Shown here: positions 51,000-63,486 of the stretch, piece after piece | Numbering within the stretch: the first letter of the stretch is position 1 | Layout of the letters: each line of letters starts with the position of its first letter | NCBI RefSeq assembly: GCF_001194135.2 | Contig: NC_068994.1 | Coordinates: forward strand, 27,330,551-27,394,550 | From: Octopus bimaculoides | Lineage: Eukaryota | Length of the DNA stretch: 64,000 bases | Direction of reading: 5' to 3' | Made by a program: the position numbers and the translations under genes | Notes under the pieces: model-generated | What the model was told of the DNA's origin: nothing | The model's database searches: none | What the model saw: the letters and a program-made list of their open reading frames with translations, nothing else

Positions 51000-53900
51000 T
51001 CACTGATTTATTTACCACTGTTTTTTTTTTAAAGCCAAACCCCATGATAAACAAGGATAGAAGTATCATATTATAACTCTACTTAGCACTATTACATGAG
51101 TAAAAACAAATATTTATTGTGCAGAGGTGGATCACTTCATTGAAAAGGCAATTCACACTATGGGAATAAAATAACTTCAGTAATCTAACAATACTACATT
51201 CAAGAAGTTGAAAGCATTTGTGTAGAAAAAGGATTTACTTAAACAGCAAGCCAGACACATGGAAGAAAACATATCTAACATGCATATGAGAGATAATAGC
51301 AATTTCATTATCTTGAATTGACAGGTATGAAAACCAGAAAAGTGTTGCTATGGATGTGGTTCAAAATCTCATAACTTTATCATTCCAAAATTCCAGTGAA
51401 GAAAAAAAATTGCTATTCATGTAAACAGTCTAAACAAAAATGTAAAGAGATGGAAAGAAAAATAAGTCCAACATTTTACAAGTGTATGCAAGTCAAGAAG
51501 CTGCACTTTCACTACTTTGATAGCACTCTCCCATCTCCATTGCTAATGTGAAGAGTAATAGAATAAATTCAATGGTAAAGTAATGTCAGTCAGTGACAAT
51601 GAATGTAATTGATTGCAACAGAAAATAAAAATTGATGGAATAATCATGTCATTCATCATTGGTTTGGGAGCAACATGCAAATTAGTCAGGATAGCAATAA
51701 TCAAGCTGAGTGATTAAACTATGAAATGTTTATCCAATGGTGCAAAACCAAAATATTCACCTTTGGTTTGATTGCACCTCTGGTTTTGCTTGGTTAATTT
51801 ACATCACACTTAATATTGGTTTAATTCCCCAAATTCATAGGATATTTGTCACTGAATCTATGTCTGGCAACTGTTTGTCTGGGTTATGAAACAGTTTCTT
51901 GACTTGATTTGACTCAGACAAGTTACATCAACTCTCTGTCAACAGTAAAAGATCATTCAATTACTGATTAATTCCCTGAGTTAAAATTTTTGTTAAAACT
52001 ATCTATCAGCCATAGGATGAAACTGGTAACACAACCTGTGAGACAAATATGATTTCATATAAAGAAGCAAATGAAAGAAACTGAACATTTATTTAATTGG
52101 AAATCATTGAGAAAACCGATGGTTCCCCAACTCCCATAATGTAAGTTTTACCTTTATTATACCAAAGAAAGATGGTTCCATTTATTTGTGTGCAGATCAA
52201 CATGGAATAAATACAGCTATCAAAAGTATATAATACTACATACATAACATTGATGAGATATTGAAAAAATTAGATGGATCATGCTTCTTTTCAAAACTGA
52301 ATCTTAAGATAGGCTACCACCTGGCAGAATTAGGTCTCTCAAAATGTTATATAGTGTTTGCCTCTTCTAACAGGTTACATCAGTATAGGCAGTTGGTTCT
52401 TTGAATTTCCTCAGCATTTGAAGAATTTGATGAATTCGTTAGTAGTCTTTTTAAAATCTGAGCTTAACAAAATTAGCCTTCCAGATGATGATCTAGTTTT
52501 GTGGTAGATCATAAACAGACCATGATGCAACACTGAATTAATGCTTAATGATATCAGGTAACAATAGACTCACATTAAAAATCATATGAAATGCTGTGAC
52601 TCACTTTGAATGCCAACTAAATTAAGAAGTTTTTTAGTTTACGTTTTTGGTAACTTCATATTGCATTTAGTGACTATGCGACACTTTGTGAGAAGAAAGA
52701 AAGGGCAGAGAGGTTTCTATCAAATATAAATAAGAGGGAAATTTTCAGGAATTAAAATAACTCATAATATTTTGTATAATGTCATCATACTTTAACACAA
52801 GCTGGGAAACTTCGTCTAGGTTGATGTCAATTCTGTCAGACTGGATGCCATAACACCAGGGAAGAATGCCATGTTATTTCCAACACATCCAAGACACTTT
52901 AAAAAACTGAACAAACACTGCAAAACTGAAACGGCAAACTTTGCTGTGGTATTGAATGTAAAATATTCTCCATGTATCTTTATGGAAGACCATTCAACAT
53001 CTTCAGTAGCAAAACAGATTTTGTTGAAGAGAAGGATCTTTGTGTGTGATATATCAAGTTTGTAATTGAAAATGTAATTCTTAAAGCTATGACTTCATTT
53101 TATTTGTTAAAACACACAGAGAATAATTCTTAAAGCTATGACTTCATCTAACTTATTAAAACACACAAAGAAACAACAACACAAGCAACAGTAGAAGCAT
53201 TGCAAACAGGTAATCTAGCAATTAAAACTTGTCTATAAAACAAGAACTTGCAGAGGAATTAAACAGCACTCTATGCAGAGCTCAAACTAGGATTCATTTT
53301 GTGCTAAAAACTCAGTTGCTCAGTTGAGGACATTTCTTTTTACATCTGAGGGAATTCTAAAGAAAATTACTTCTGACAATGGTCAGCAATTTTTAGTTGT
53401 GAGTTTAAAGAATGTTTAGAACACTGGTGAGTACAATATTGAAGAATGATACTCTGCCAACTTTAAGTAAATGCTCCAGTAGAAAGATTCAATAGAAACA
53501 CTGACAAAGTAATCAATTCCTCAATTCAAAAAGATAATCAATGAAAGAGAAGATTTTGAAAGTGTTTATTGCACTACTGGAATACTCCTTATTCATAAAC
53601 AAAGATAACACTGTCTATTCTACTCTTAAATTGCTTGTTACCTTATAAACATTATGAAATCCTTGCAAGAGACAGTAATGATAACAAATCAAATTCTAAC
53701 ATGAAATTAGCTTGATTGGAAAATGGACAACTCTGATATAAAACTAGCTAATCATGTCTTCATGAAAAATCAACAACAAGGGAGGTACCAAACTTTAATT
53801 TAATTCAGTACATTGTTATCAAAGGAAAACAACAGATAAATTTGAGTTACATCAAGATAGATTAAAAGCATTCATGTAAACCACTCCATAAGTCAAGTTT

Positions 53901-54090
53901 ATACCTCAAAGAAATTCAAGAAGCCCAAATGATATGGATGCAAATGGAGTCTACCAATGAAAATATCAGTGAAGTTGACAAGATGTCACAAGATAGTAAG
54001 CCTGCAAAAGAATCTCCTGAACCATATCCACACAGGTCAGCGAGAACAAACAAAGGTGTATAACCATACAACCTTTGACATGAATGCAAT
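51000..54090 (+). pseudogene. Ty3/Gypsy LTR retrotransposon internal relic (gag-pol)
   Basis: In order: gag knuckle CYGCGSKSH; protease-like KIDG..SFIIGLGA; RT PKKDGSIYLCAD and LDGSCFFSKLNLKIGYH; integrase ITSDNGQQF and PVERFNR; terminal RSARTNKG. No LTRs recognised. Confidence 0.8.
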
Positions 54091-54479
54091 ATAAAACACA
54101 AGTGAAAAGAGCCAAATATAACTTTTCAGATCATAGGGTCACAAGTTTTACACTATTTACATGCTTTCTATATCACATGACTCAGCTAAATGGTCAGGTG
54201 ATCATTGCTATTTCAGATGATTACAAGTTTGATGAAGGAAGTTTTGTTATGAATTGAAGACAGCTTCTAGAGTTAAAGAAACTATTGCAATCGTTACTTT
54301 ACAGTGGGACTACATTAATAAGCATCAAATAAGAACATTAGCAAGCATTATTATTGGATAACAAGGGATTAACTGTATAAATTTGTTACAGCAGTAGATT
54401 AACTGTGTATATATATATATAACAATAAATTAATTATATAAATGTGTCAGTGACACATAAATGGCACTCACTACACTAG

Positions 54480-54630
54480 TAGTAGTTGGCATTAGGAAGG
54501 GCATCAAGCTGTAGGAACCAAGCCAAAACAGACTGGAACTTTGTGCTGCTTTCCAGCTTACCAGTTCTTGTCAAACTGTCTAACCCATGCCAGCATGGAA
54601 AACAGATGCTAAATGGTGAAGATGGTGATG
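54480..54630 (+). mobile_element. Family A repeat (3' part)
   Basis: ttggcattaggaagggcatcaagctgtag..aacccatgccagcatggaaaacag. Confidence 0.65.
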
Positions 54631-55169
54631 ATAATAGTTCTAGCCCTATCCCCTACAATGGGTTAACCATGTGAATATGTAACAATAAATCAGTCAAATA
54701 AAACTATAACAACAGATTAACTATATAAACAAATAATGGATTAACTGAATATAAATCTATAACAATAATGGATTGATTAAGGAACTCAAGTTCAAAAATA
54801 TCTAAATATATTCAGTGATACAGAGACAATGGCCTGAATAATAGCACTGAGAAAAATTAGCTTCACAGATAATGTAACTTACGGTAATTAACTACTTTGT
54901 GTTTGTTTCTTTGAAATTATGCTTCAGATCTTCTTGAAATTTATGATATTCTTTGGTGGATGGAAGATAAAAAGATAGTGAGAGATAGTTTGAAAGAGAA
55001 AGACAGAGGGATAGAGAGAGTGAGTGAGTAAGTGAACGAGAAAGTAAATTATGAAAGAATGAAGGAAGTAAAAGAGTTACAGAAGAGAGTAGAAAATAGA
55101 GTGAAGTATGATGACAGCAACACTAACAAGCACAAAAATGGAGAAAAACAATAATGGACCCTAATAATC

Positions 55170-55315
55170 CTTTCTATTATAAGCACAAGGCCTGAAATTG
55201 GGGGGGGGAGGCAAGTCAATTACATCGACTCCAGTGTTTCACTGGTACTTAATTTATTGACCCCGAAAGGATGAAAGGCAAAGTCGACCTGGGCAGAATT
55301 TGAATTCACAACATG
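55170..55315 (-). mobile_element. Family D SINE
   Basis: gcacaaggcctgaaatt..actggtacttaatttattgaccccgaaaggatgaaaggcaaagtcgacc. Confidence 0.75.
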
Positions 55316-55985
55316 AATAATGAACCCTAATAATAAAGTCCACACCATTCTTCTGTACAGTTAAAAGCAACAATGACAACAACACCACCAGTAGCAACAA
55401 AACTCTGGTAGGAGAACAGAAGGAATCATTTAGTAGCATGCTGTTTTTTTTTTTGCTCATCTTTCTTAACAATAATGAATTTACATTCATATTTAATAAT
55501 GTTGCTGAATTTTTGCTAATGTAAATAAGAATCATCATTGTCATCATCATCATCATCATCTTCTTCTTCTTCTTCTTCTTCTTCTTCTTCTTCCTCTCCT
55601 CTTCCTCCTCCTCCTTAGAAACAATTATTATTTATGTTAAAAACAATTCTGGTCTTATCTTATCCTTTTCAACAGTTTCCTATGACTTTTCCTGTACCAC
55701 CAGGTGTGTTCTTGACATATGTGCAGTATTGTATTTTGGGCATCAATATTACGTTTATGTACCACATCATTATTGCTTTGTTGTCGTATTTGTTTTGGTG
55801 TTTTTCTGGTGTTACTTTAGAGTTTCAATACATGTTGGTGTGAGCTGTGTTGTGTTTTAATGTTGAATTGTGATTGTGTACAGTAAATAATATTTATTGA
55901 GTAGTTGCATTGTGCTATGTAACTGTTGTGTAGAATATATATTGTGTAGGATGTGTTATATATACAGGGTGATGATTGTGTAGAG

Positions 55986-56202
55986 CAGTGGTTCTCAACC
56001 AGGGTTCATATGACCCTTGCGGTTCCATATAAGATTTTGTTAAAAATTAGGTGCAATAAATTGCTTATACTTGTACAGTACACTAAATATTTTAATAATT
56101 TGTTTTTTTTTACATTTAAAACATCAAATGGCAATAGGAGTCCACCCAAGTAAAATAGGAATCAAAGAGGTCCACAGACAAAAAGTTGGTTGAGAACCAT
56201 TA
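55986..56202. mobile_element. hAT/Charlie-type MITE
   Basis: TIR cagtggttctcaacc / ggttgagaaccatta; decayed 8-bp TSD gtgtagag / atatagag. Confidence 0.8.
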
Positions 56203-57109
56203 ATATAGAGGATGTGTTGAGTGAGTTGTTAGTTGTTTTGTGTGTTGAGCTAGAGACAAAGGATGCAATATCTACACTCATGAATCTCTAGATATTCCCG
56301 ACTCTTTGGCTCTTGATACCCTGAAACTTGCTTGCCCCCACCAACATTCATGTGTTCTATAAACCTTTACCAATGAACCTCTCTTTTCAAAAGTGCACAA
56401 CATTTAACTTATCTTCCTCAGATTTGGCATACACTGTTATGATCTTACTTAGACATATACAGCAAGAAGATACTGTGGGCAAAAGAGAATGGCCCTTTGT
56501 ATTGAATGACATTACCAACATGCTGCCCAAAGCATCATAGTTTTCTTTTTAACTTTTTCCATCCAAACCTACTCAGAAGGTATACTATCTAATTTCAAAT
56601 TCCAACTCCAGTTTTTAAGCTTTCACTTCTTGTCTTGTACTTTTCAGGTTCAATTAATTAAGAATATTATCACACTTTGTATCTTTGCCCCTCACTTTGC
56701 CTTCTATAACATATTCCTACCTCAAAATCACTTTAAGAATCTAATCACTGACAATCAGAGAGGAAGTACTTATTCTTTAGTCCATTATTCATAAATGTGT
56801 TTGAATAAAATTCTTTTCTTCTCTCAGGTATATTTAAACCATTTGAACTTTGTCTCTTAAGATCCAGCAATTAAAATAATACAGCAACTTAGCTTACAGA
56901 AACAAACCCATACAAGCACACACATTATTTTTTTCTTTCCAAGACAATACAACATAGCATTGATCCACTCTATCTACTCCATCAAACAAGCTAAATACTC
57001 AAAAGCCATACTAATTTATAGGTAAAGGTTGGTTCTTCATGTTTCTTGTATCTGTATGTGTTAATGAGATGAACATAGATCAGATAATATGATGTAATGT
57101 TACACAGTC

Positions 57110-57335
57110 ATTTAAGGTGGTGAGTTGGCAGAATTGTTAGCACACTAGGCAAAATGCATGGTAGCATTTTGTCTGTCTTTATGTTCTGAGTTCAAATTTG
57201 ACTGAGGTTGACTTTGCCTTTCATCCTTTCAAGATCAATAAAATAAGTGCTAGTTGAGTACTCGGATCAATGTAAGTGACTCGACCTCTCCCTCGAAATT
57301 GCTGGCCTTGTGCCAAAATATGAAACCAGTATTAC
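57110..57335 (+). mobile_element. Family D SINE with tRNA-like head
   Basis: gagttggcagaattgttagc..gagttcaaatt..gactttgcctttcatcc..gctggccttgtgccaaaa. Confidence 0.75.
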
Positions 57336-57506
57336 ATTCATTTATATTCATGATATATCTGAACCATGTATTACTGAAACAATCATAATGGAGAAATAAA
57401 TGTAATACTAAATATATTCTTTTATTGATTCCAGTCATGCTGGAGCACCACCTTGAATGTATAATGTATGAAATTTGTAATAGTGTTGTCAATCCATTCT
57501 TTCCAG

Positions 57507-57596
57507 AAGCAACACTTTGACCGGAATGAACTGTATGTATCATACAGAAGAGAGAGTTTCAAGAAAGCACATTTCCCAGATGACTTACATCCTCAG
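57507..57596 (+). CDS. SORCS: Next internal coding exon (90 nt, phase 0-0) of the SorCS-like gene
   Basis: Acceptor ccattctttccag| and donor CAG|gtaagg. It reads KQHFDRNELYVSYRRESFKKAHFPDDLHPQ, in frame with the 3175-3293 exon, and matches SorCS1 ...HYYVSYRRNAFAQMKLP (recalled). Confidence 0.88.
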
Positions 57597-57746
57597 GTAA
57601 GGACCTACATTTCCATTTGAACACATGTGGATATATCTGTGTGTATATAGTTATACACTTCACATCTAACTGGGTATAATCCTCTATATGTACTTGAATA
57701 TGTATGTATGTGTGTATGTATGTATGTATGTGTATATATGTATATA

Positions 57747-57779
<33 letters not shown>

Positions 57780-57796
57780 ATGTATATATATATATA

Positions 57797-58600
57797 TCAT
57801 CATCAACATCGTCATTTAATGTCCACTTTCCATGCTGGCATGGGCTGGATGGTTTCACTAAGGGCTGGCAAGCCAGAAGATCTGGCAAAGTTTCTGCAGC
57901 TGGATGCCCTTCCTAATGCCAACCATTCTGAGAGTGTAGTGGGTGCTTTTTACGTGCCACCAACATGAAGGCCAGTCAGGTGGTACAGGCATTGACCATA
58001 CTTGAATGGTGCTTTTTACATGCCACTGGTATGGGAGTCAGTCAGGTGGCACTGGCAAAGACCACACTTGAATGGTGCTTTTTACGTGCCACTGGCATGG
58101 GACCAGTCAACCAGCACTGGCATCGACAACGCAGCATGGGAGACAGTCAGGTGACACTGGCAACAATCATGCTCGAATGGTGCTTTTTATATGCCACCGG
58201 CATGGGACCAGTCAGGCAGCACTTGCATTGACCACACTCGAATGGTGCTTTTACATGCCACCAGCATGGGTGCCAATCAGATGGTACTGTCATTGGTCAC
58301 AACAACAACTTCATTTGCCTCAACAGGTCTTCGCAAGCACAGATTATTGCCCAATGATTGAAGGGTGCTCTTAAATGGGCTGATTATGCTACATCTCTTC
58401 CATGCTGCTTTGTCCTACATCTTCTCAGGTCTCCCTCCTCCACAAGACCTCTCACTTGGCTTGCTGGGTCTTCTCAAGCACAGCATATCTCCAAAGGTCT
58501 CAATCACTTGTCATCGCCTCAGAGAGGCCCAAAATTCGAAGGTTGTGCTTCACCACCTCATCCCAGGTCTTCCTGAGTCTACTTTTTCCACAGGTTTCCT
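57797..58600 (-). mobile_element. RTE 3' end: ORF C-terminus followed by family A 3'UTR and (gat)n tail
   Basis: 58600 to 58450 reads TCGKSRLRKTWDEVVKHNLRILGLSEAMT..DLWRYAVLEKT, and family A follows at 57797-58380. Confidence 0.8.
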
Positions 58601-58609
58601 ATATATGAA

Positions 58610-58790
58610 GGCAGTGAACTGGCAGAATCATGAGCATACCAGGAAGAATGCTCAGTGGAATTTTATCCAGTTCTGAGCTCAAATTCCACTTTCAGGGTTG
58701 ATGAAATAAGTATCAATTAAACACTGGGGGCTGATGTAATTGACTTGCCCTCTCCCCTGAAATTGCTGGCCTTGTATCAAAATTTGAAAT
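58610..58790 (+). mobile_element. Family D SINE
   Basis: ggcagaatcatgagc..ttctgagctcaaattcc..gatgtaattgacttgccc..gctggccttg. Confidence 0.65.
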
Positions 58791-58858
<68 letters not shown>

Positions 58859-58950
58859 ATGAGAGCACTGTGAAAGTGATCGTGCTTTATCAGTATGCTA
58901 CCAGGTATAAACTGTTCATTTTATTATCTAATATCTAATAATATATATAT

Positions 58951-59450
58951 AAAGTGGTTGGAGAAAATAATGGAAACATCTTGTTATATGAAAGTCTTAT
59001 TATTTAATACAGAATTGGTCCACCTTTTGTATCAGTCAAAACTTTAATATGTCAAAGAATTTACTCATATAGGTTCTGAACTACTGATTAGAAAAATTTT
59101 GAGCCATTCTCCAACTAAAACCTGCTTTAGATCATTCAGCAACAATGGTAAAGGCTACTTCACTTTGAGTTCTTCATGACAATTTTGAATAACATTAACC
59201 ATGTGAATCAGTGCATTATCACCCTGGAAGATTGCACAACCATCAGAGACAATGTTTGTACCATAGGATGGGCATGATCAGCCCAAAACTCAGATAATCT
59301 GTGTTGTTAATTCTGCTATGTAGAACAACTAAGGGACCAAGAGAATTTTATGATACGGCTGCTCAAATTGTTACACAGCCAGCTCCATACTTTACAATAA
59401 GGGCCAAATGGTCTGGCTGAAAGTTGTTTTTTTTTGTTTTTTTTTGGCTA
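58951..59450 (-). pseudogene. Tc1 transposase C-terminal relic
   Basis: AIFQGDNALIH (second D of the DDE triad) and a terminal DTKGGP..Y*; TIR-like aagtggttggagaaaataatggaaac after TA. Confidence 0.7.
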
Positions 59451-61045
59451 TTTCCAGATAAACTCACCCCAAAGTGGGAAAAATGCTGAATATCAATTTT
59501 GATGGGGGGGGGGAAGGTGAGGGAAATTGAAGTGGATCTGGGAGGAGGTGATAAGTGGCAGTATAAAAAAGGGGGAAGGGATGGAGATTAGAATTATAAG
59601 AAAAATGTATAGATGATAAATAGGAAAACTGAATAGATATGTGTAGGGGAGAGGGAGGGATGCACAGTGACTGGTATGTGAATATGGAGTGTGACAAACA
59701 GGGGTAAGAGGCTCTGATGATTGATATGAGAGGGTATTCAATAGAAGGGAAGATGGCTCCAAGGAGAGGGGAAAAGGGTAGCACTAGAGTTGGAGATGAA
59801 ATATGTGAATCTCTGCTCTCATAGACTTACAGCAGCTGAGTAAATAGTATTATAGTTAGAAGAGTAAGGGAGGGATGGATTAGTGAAGTTGAATTGAGGA
59901 AATGGCTTCACTGAGAGGGATTGAGTGCAGGGACAAACATAAATGATATGCTTTTAATACCACATTTTTACTGAGACAAATAGGTCCTCTCAAGCACAGT
60001 AAATCACCAGTTATTTCAGTCCTTTATCATCTCTTCCATGCTGCTTTGTCCTACATCTTCTCAGGTCTCCCTCTTCCACAAGACCTCTTCCACATTTAGT
60101 GATTAATTCTTCTTTATCTGGCTGTCCACACACACACACACACACGCACACATACACACTGTTTGGATTAAAGAAGCAAGTCATTACATTACTGTTTTCA
60201 TCAATGCAAGAATATTTCTTAGTATTTACTGCTTCTTTGCATCTGCCACTCACAAAGGCTACTCTCCCTATAAACCTTCCTGTGATTCCACTGCACTTCT
60301 GTCTCCATAGTTTGTACTGCATTCACCATATGGAATCTCTACTTAAAACTTTTCTACAAGTTAATCACGACTATTTTCCTAATGAGATTAGTGTCCTATT
60401 TGTTTTTCTACTTACTAAAATTTTGGCCATTGCAAAATTAACTTAAACTTTGATTCCAGGTTTTGCTTCCGCTCTACTTTCATCAGAGTCATTTCTGCTT
60501 ATAACCAAGCATGTACATCAAGCCTACTTCGTTGTGCCAACCATCTTGATTACAATCATAAATTACTCTGACGGAAGTAGCATTCTCTAGGTCATTCAAT
60601 TTTTCTCTAATGATCAGTGGGCTGATTGAGTAAACCTATAATGATTACTGGAAACAGCTGTAAGTCAAATTTACTACAATAAAGAAATATGGAATGATCA
60701 TTATTTATATCTTGTCTTGTATATCACTCTATGTAAAAAAACCCAATATAACTGGAACATAACCATCAATTTACAATATAGAATAGTGATGAACTATAAC
60801 TTCGGATGCTGTCACAGGAAAACGCAGAGTTCTTTACTAATTTAAGCAATATTGTTAGCATTGTGTACTAACAGACAGCTTATAAAGAATTTTTCCCAGA
60901 TCGATAATCCCTCACTAATGATCCTCATTATATATATATATATATATATATATACATACATTTTCTACAAACAATATACATATATATATACATGCATACA
61001 TACATACACACACACACACATAGATACATACATACATACATACAT

Positions 61046-61760
61046 GATGGCCGTTCACTCGTGACTGAGGAAGACCATTGCTGACCTTCAGGAACATTGT
61101 GTACTCTAGGACTAACTTATACTTTGCGTTTTCGGCTCTGTTGGTGGATAAGGAGCCCTGCTCTTGACAGGCATACACGACTGCAAGCATTGCAGGCCAA
61201 GCTTTCCCCATTCACTATACGAACCATGCGCTTTCGCACAGCTCGCCTAAGTTCTTCATGCTGGATATGTGTTCTCTCAAAAGTGTCGATCCCCTCCTTA
61301 ACCAGCTCCCTCCACCTGTGGCGATGACAGGCATTGTTCTCCCAGTCAGTGTCCTGCATATCACAAGCCTTTAATGATAATTTTTCAGGTCCAGCCAACA
61401 TTGAAAATGTGTCTGAGACATCTCTGATGAAAGCGTTCAAGGTCCTTTACATGACGTTTGTAAAGAGTCCATGTCTCACATGAGTAGAGGAGCGATGTCC
61501 ATACATATGCACAGTACACAGCAACTTTTGTTTGCCTTGCTATGCCATGCTGGGACCAGACACGAGACTGAAGAGCCCGGAAGGAATTAGTTGCTCTCTG
61601 CAACCTGAAAGATATTTCCTCATCCAGGGAGCAAGAATGGCTGAGTGTGCTGCCCAGGTAGACAAACTTGTCTACTACCTTCAGAATTGTTACTTCAACC
61701 AAGATAGCTGGTTTCACCTATGGATTTCCTGGTGCAGGCTGGAACATTACAACATGATGG
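61046..61760 (-). mobile_element. 5'-truncated, internally deleted RTE/BovB-like LINE inside a (TACA)n tract
   Basis: VVDKFVYLGSTLS..LLYSCETWTLY..LERFHQRCLRH and C-terminal zinc finger CNACSRVCLSRAGLLIHQ; (tgta)n tail. Confidence 0.88.
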
Positions 61761-61892
61761 GATGGAGGCTTGGACATACATACATACATACATACATACA
61801 TACATACATACATGCATGCATACATACATACATACATACATACATACATACATGCATACATACATACATACATGCATGCATATATGTGTTTA

Positions 61893-62786
61893 CAAGGGAG
61901 TATCCAAAAGTAGCTGGAAATGTTCTCTTTGGGACAAGCCCATTGTAATTCCAGCTTCCGCCACTGGAATCTACTTGATGCAACCTTCAGGCATCAGTAT
62001 GTTGACTGGCAGTGTCCGGTGCAGTCCTTCTGCCATGTAGAGCATTTTTGCTCTGCAGTGCTTCTCCCCTGTTCATCAATTTTTGTGATGGCTGAAACAA
62101 AGGAACAGCATGCTCCATGAAATTCTGTTTTCTGCTGGGGGAAAAACAGCAGCTGAAATAGTTGTCATGCTTCTAACAACTTACATGAACATGCTGTGTG
62201 CAAAACACAAGTTCATGAGTGGTTTTCACATCTTAGGAATGGTCATTTGTAGCTTGAAGACCAACTTCATTCAGGGTGTCTGTCAACCTTCCGAACAAAT
62301 GAAAACATCATGAAGATTCATGAATTTATCTTGGAGGACCATCACTGAACAGTTGATGAACTTGTTGATATGACTGGTGTGTCCTGGAGCTCCTGCCAAT
62401 GAATTTTGAGTGAGGAATTGAATGAAGAATCAAAAGAGTTGCAGCAAAATGTGTGCCTTGCTTGCTAACAAAAGATCGAAAATAGTCACAAATGAATGCA
62501 TGTTGTGAAATGAAAGAACAGTTGGAAATTGATCCAGACCTTTCTTTAAGGCCATCACTAGTGACAAAAGTTGGTGCTTTGAAGATGTGGTGAAGAAAAA
62601 ACAACAGAACATTAAAAGCATCACTTTGCAAGATTTCCAACACTGCTTCAAACAGTGGAAAATGCATCTGGACTGATGCATTGCTTCACATGGAGAATAC
62701 TTTGAAGGCGATAAAAGTGTAAACATATAAAATTTAGTGAATAAAATAATATTGCAAAGTTCTAGTTTCTTTTGTGTACCCCTTTC
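61893..62786 (+). mobile_element. Internally deleted mariner
   Basis: TA-caagggagtatccaaaa / ttttgtgtacccc..-TA ends; MAETKEQH..KFCFL.GKTAAE; VAAKCVPCLL; FQHCFKQWK..CIASHGEYFEGD. Confidence 0.85.
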
Positions 62787-62879
62787 TATATATATGCATG
62801 TGTGTATGTATGTATGTATATATATATGTGTGTATATACGTATACACATGCACACACATATACACACACATGTATTTAC

Positions 62880-62914
<35 letters not shown>

Positions 62915-63447
62915 NNNNNNNNNNNNNNNNNNNNNNNNNNNNNNNNNNNNNNNNNNNNNNNNNNNNNNNNNNNNNNNNNNNNNNNNNNNNNNNNNNNNNN
63001 NNNNNNNNNNNNNNNNNNNNNNNNNNNNNNNNNNNNNNNNNNNNNNNNNNNNNNNNNNNNNNNNNNNNNNNNNNNNNNNNNNNNNNNNNNNNNNNNNNNN
63101 NNNNNNNNNNNNNNNNNNNNNNNNNNNNNNNNNNNNNNNNNNNNNNNNNNNNNNNNNNNNNNNNNNNNNNNNNNNNNNNNNNNNNNNNNNNNNNNNNNNN
63201 NNNNNNNNNNNNNNNNNNNNNNNNNNNNNNNNNNNNNNNNNNNNNNNNNNNNNNNNNNNNNNNNNNNNNNNNNNNNNNNNNNNNNNNNNNNNNNNNNNNN
63301 NNNNNNNNNNNNNNNNNNNNNNNNNNNNNNNNNNNNNNNNNNNNNNNNNNNNNNNNNNNNNNNNNNNNNNNNNNNNNNNNNNNNNNNNNNNNNNNNNNNN
63401 NNNNNNNNNNNNNNNNNNNNNNNNNNNNNNNNNNNNNNNNNNNNNNN

Positions 63448-63486
<39 letters not shown>

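Larger units (their letters stand above)
3294..57506 (+). other. About 54.2-kb intron of the SorCS-like gene
   Basis: GT at 3294 and AG at 57505-57506. The two exons are peptide-contiguous in SorCS homologues, and I found no convincing exon between them. Confidence 0.75.

Noticed and set aside
53070-53170. ~49-bp tandem duplication (also 20-mers at ~15247 and ~37162)
   Set aside because: Ordinary slippage duplications inside decayed elements.
55668-55843. Possible extra exon after ttttcaacag
   Set aside because: No SorCS-like peptide, no matching donor, and the two identified exons are already contiguous in homologues.
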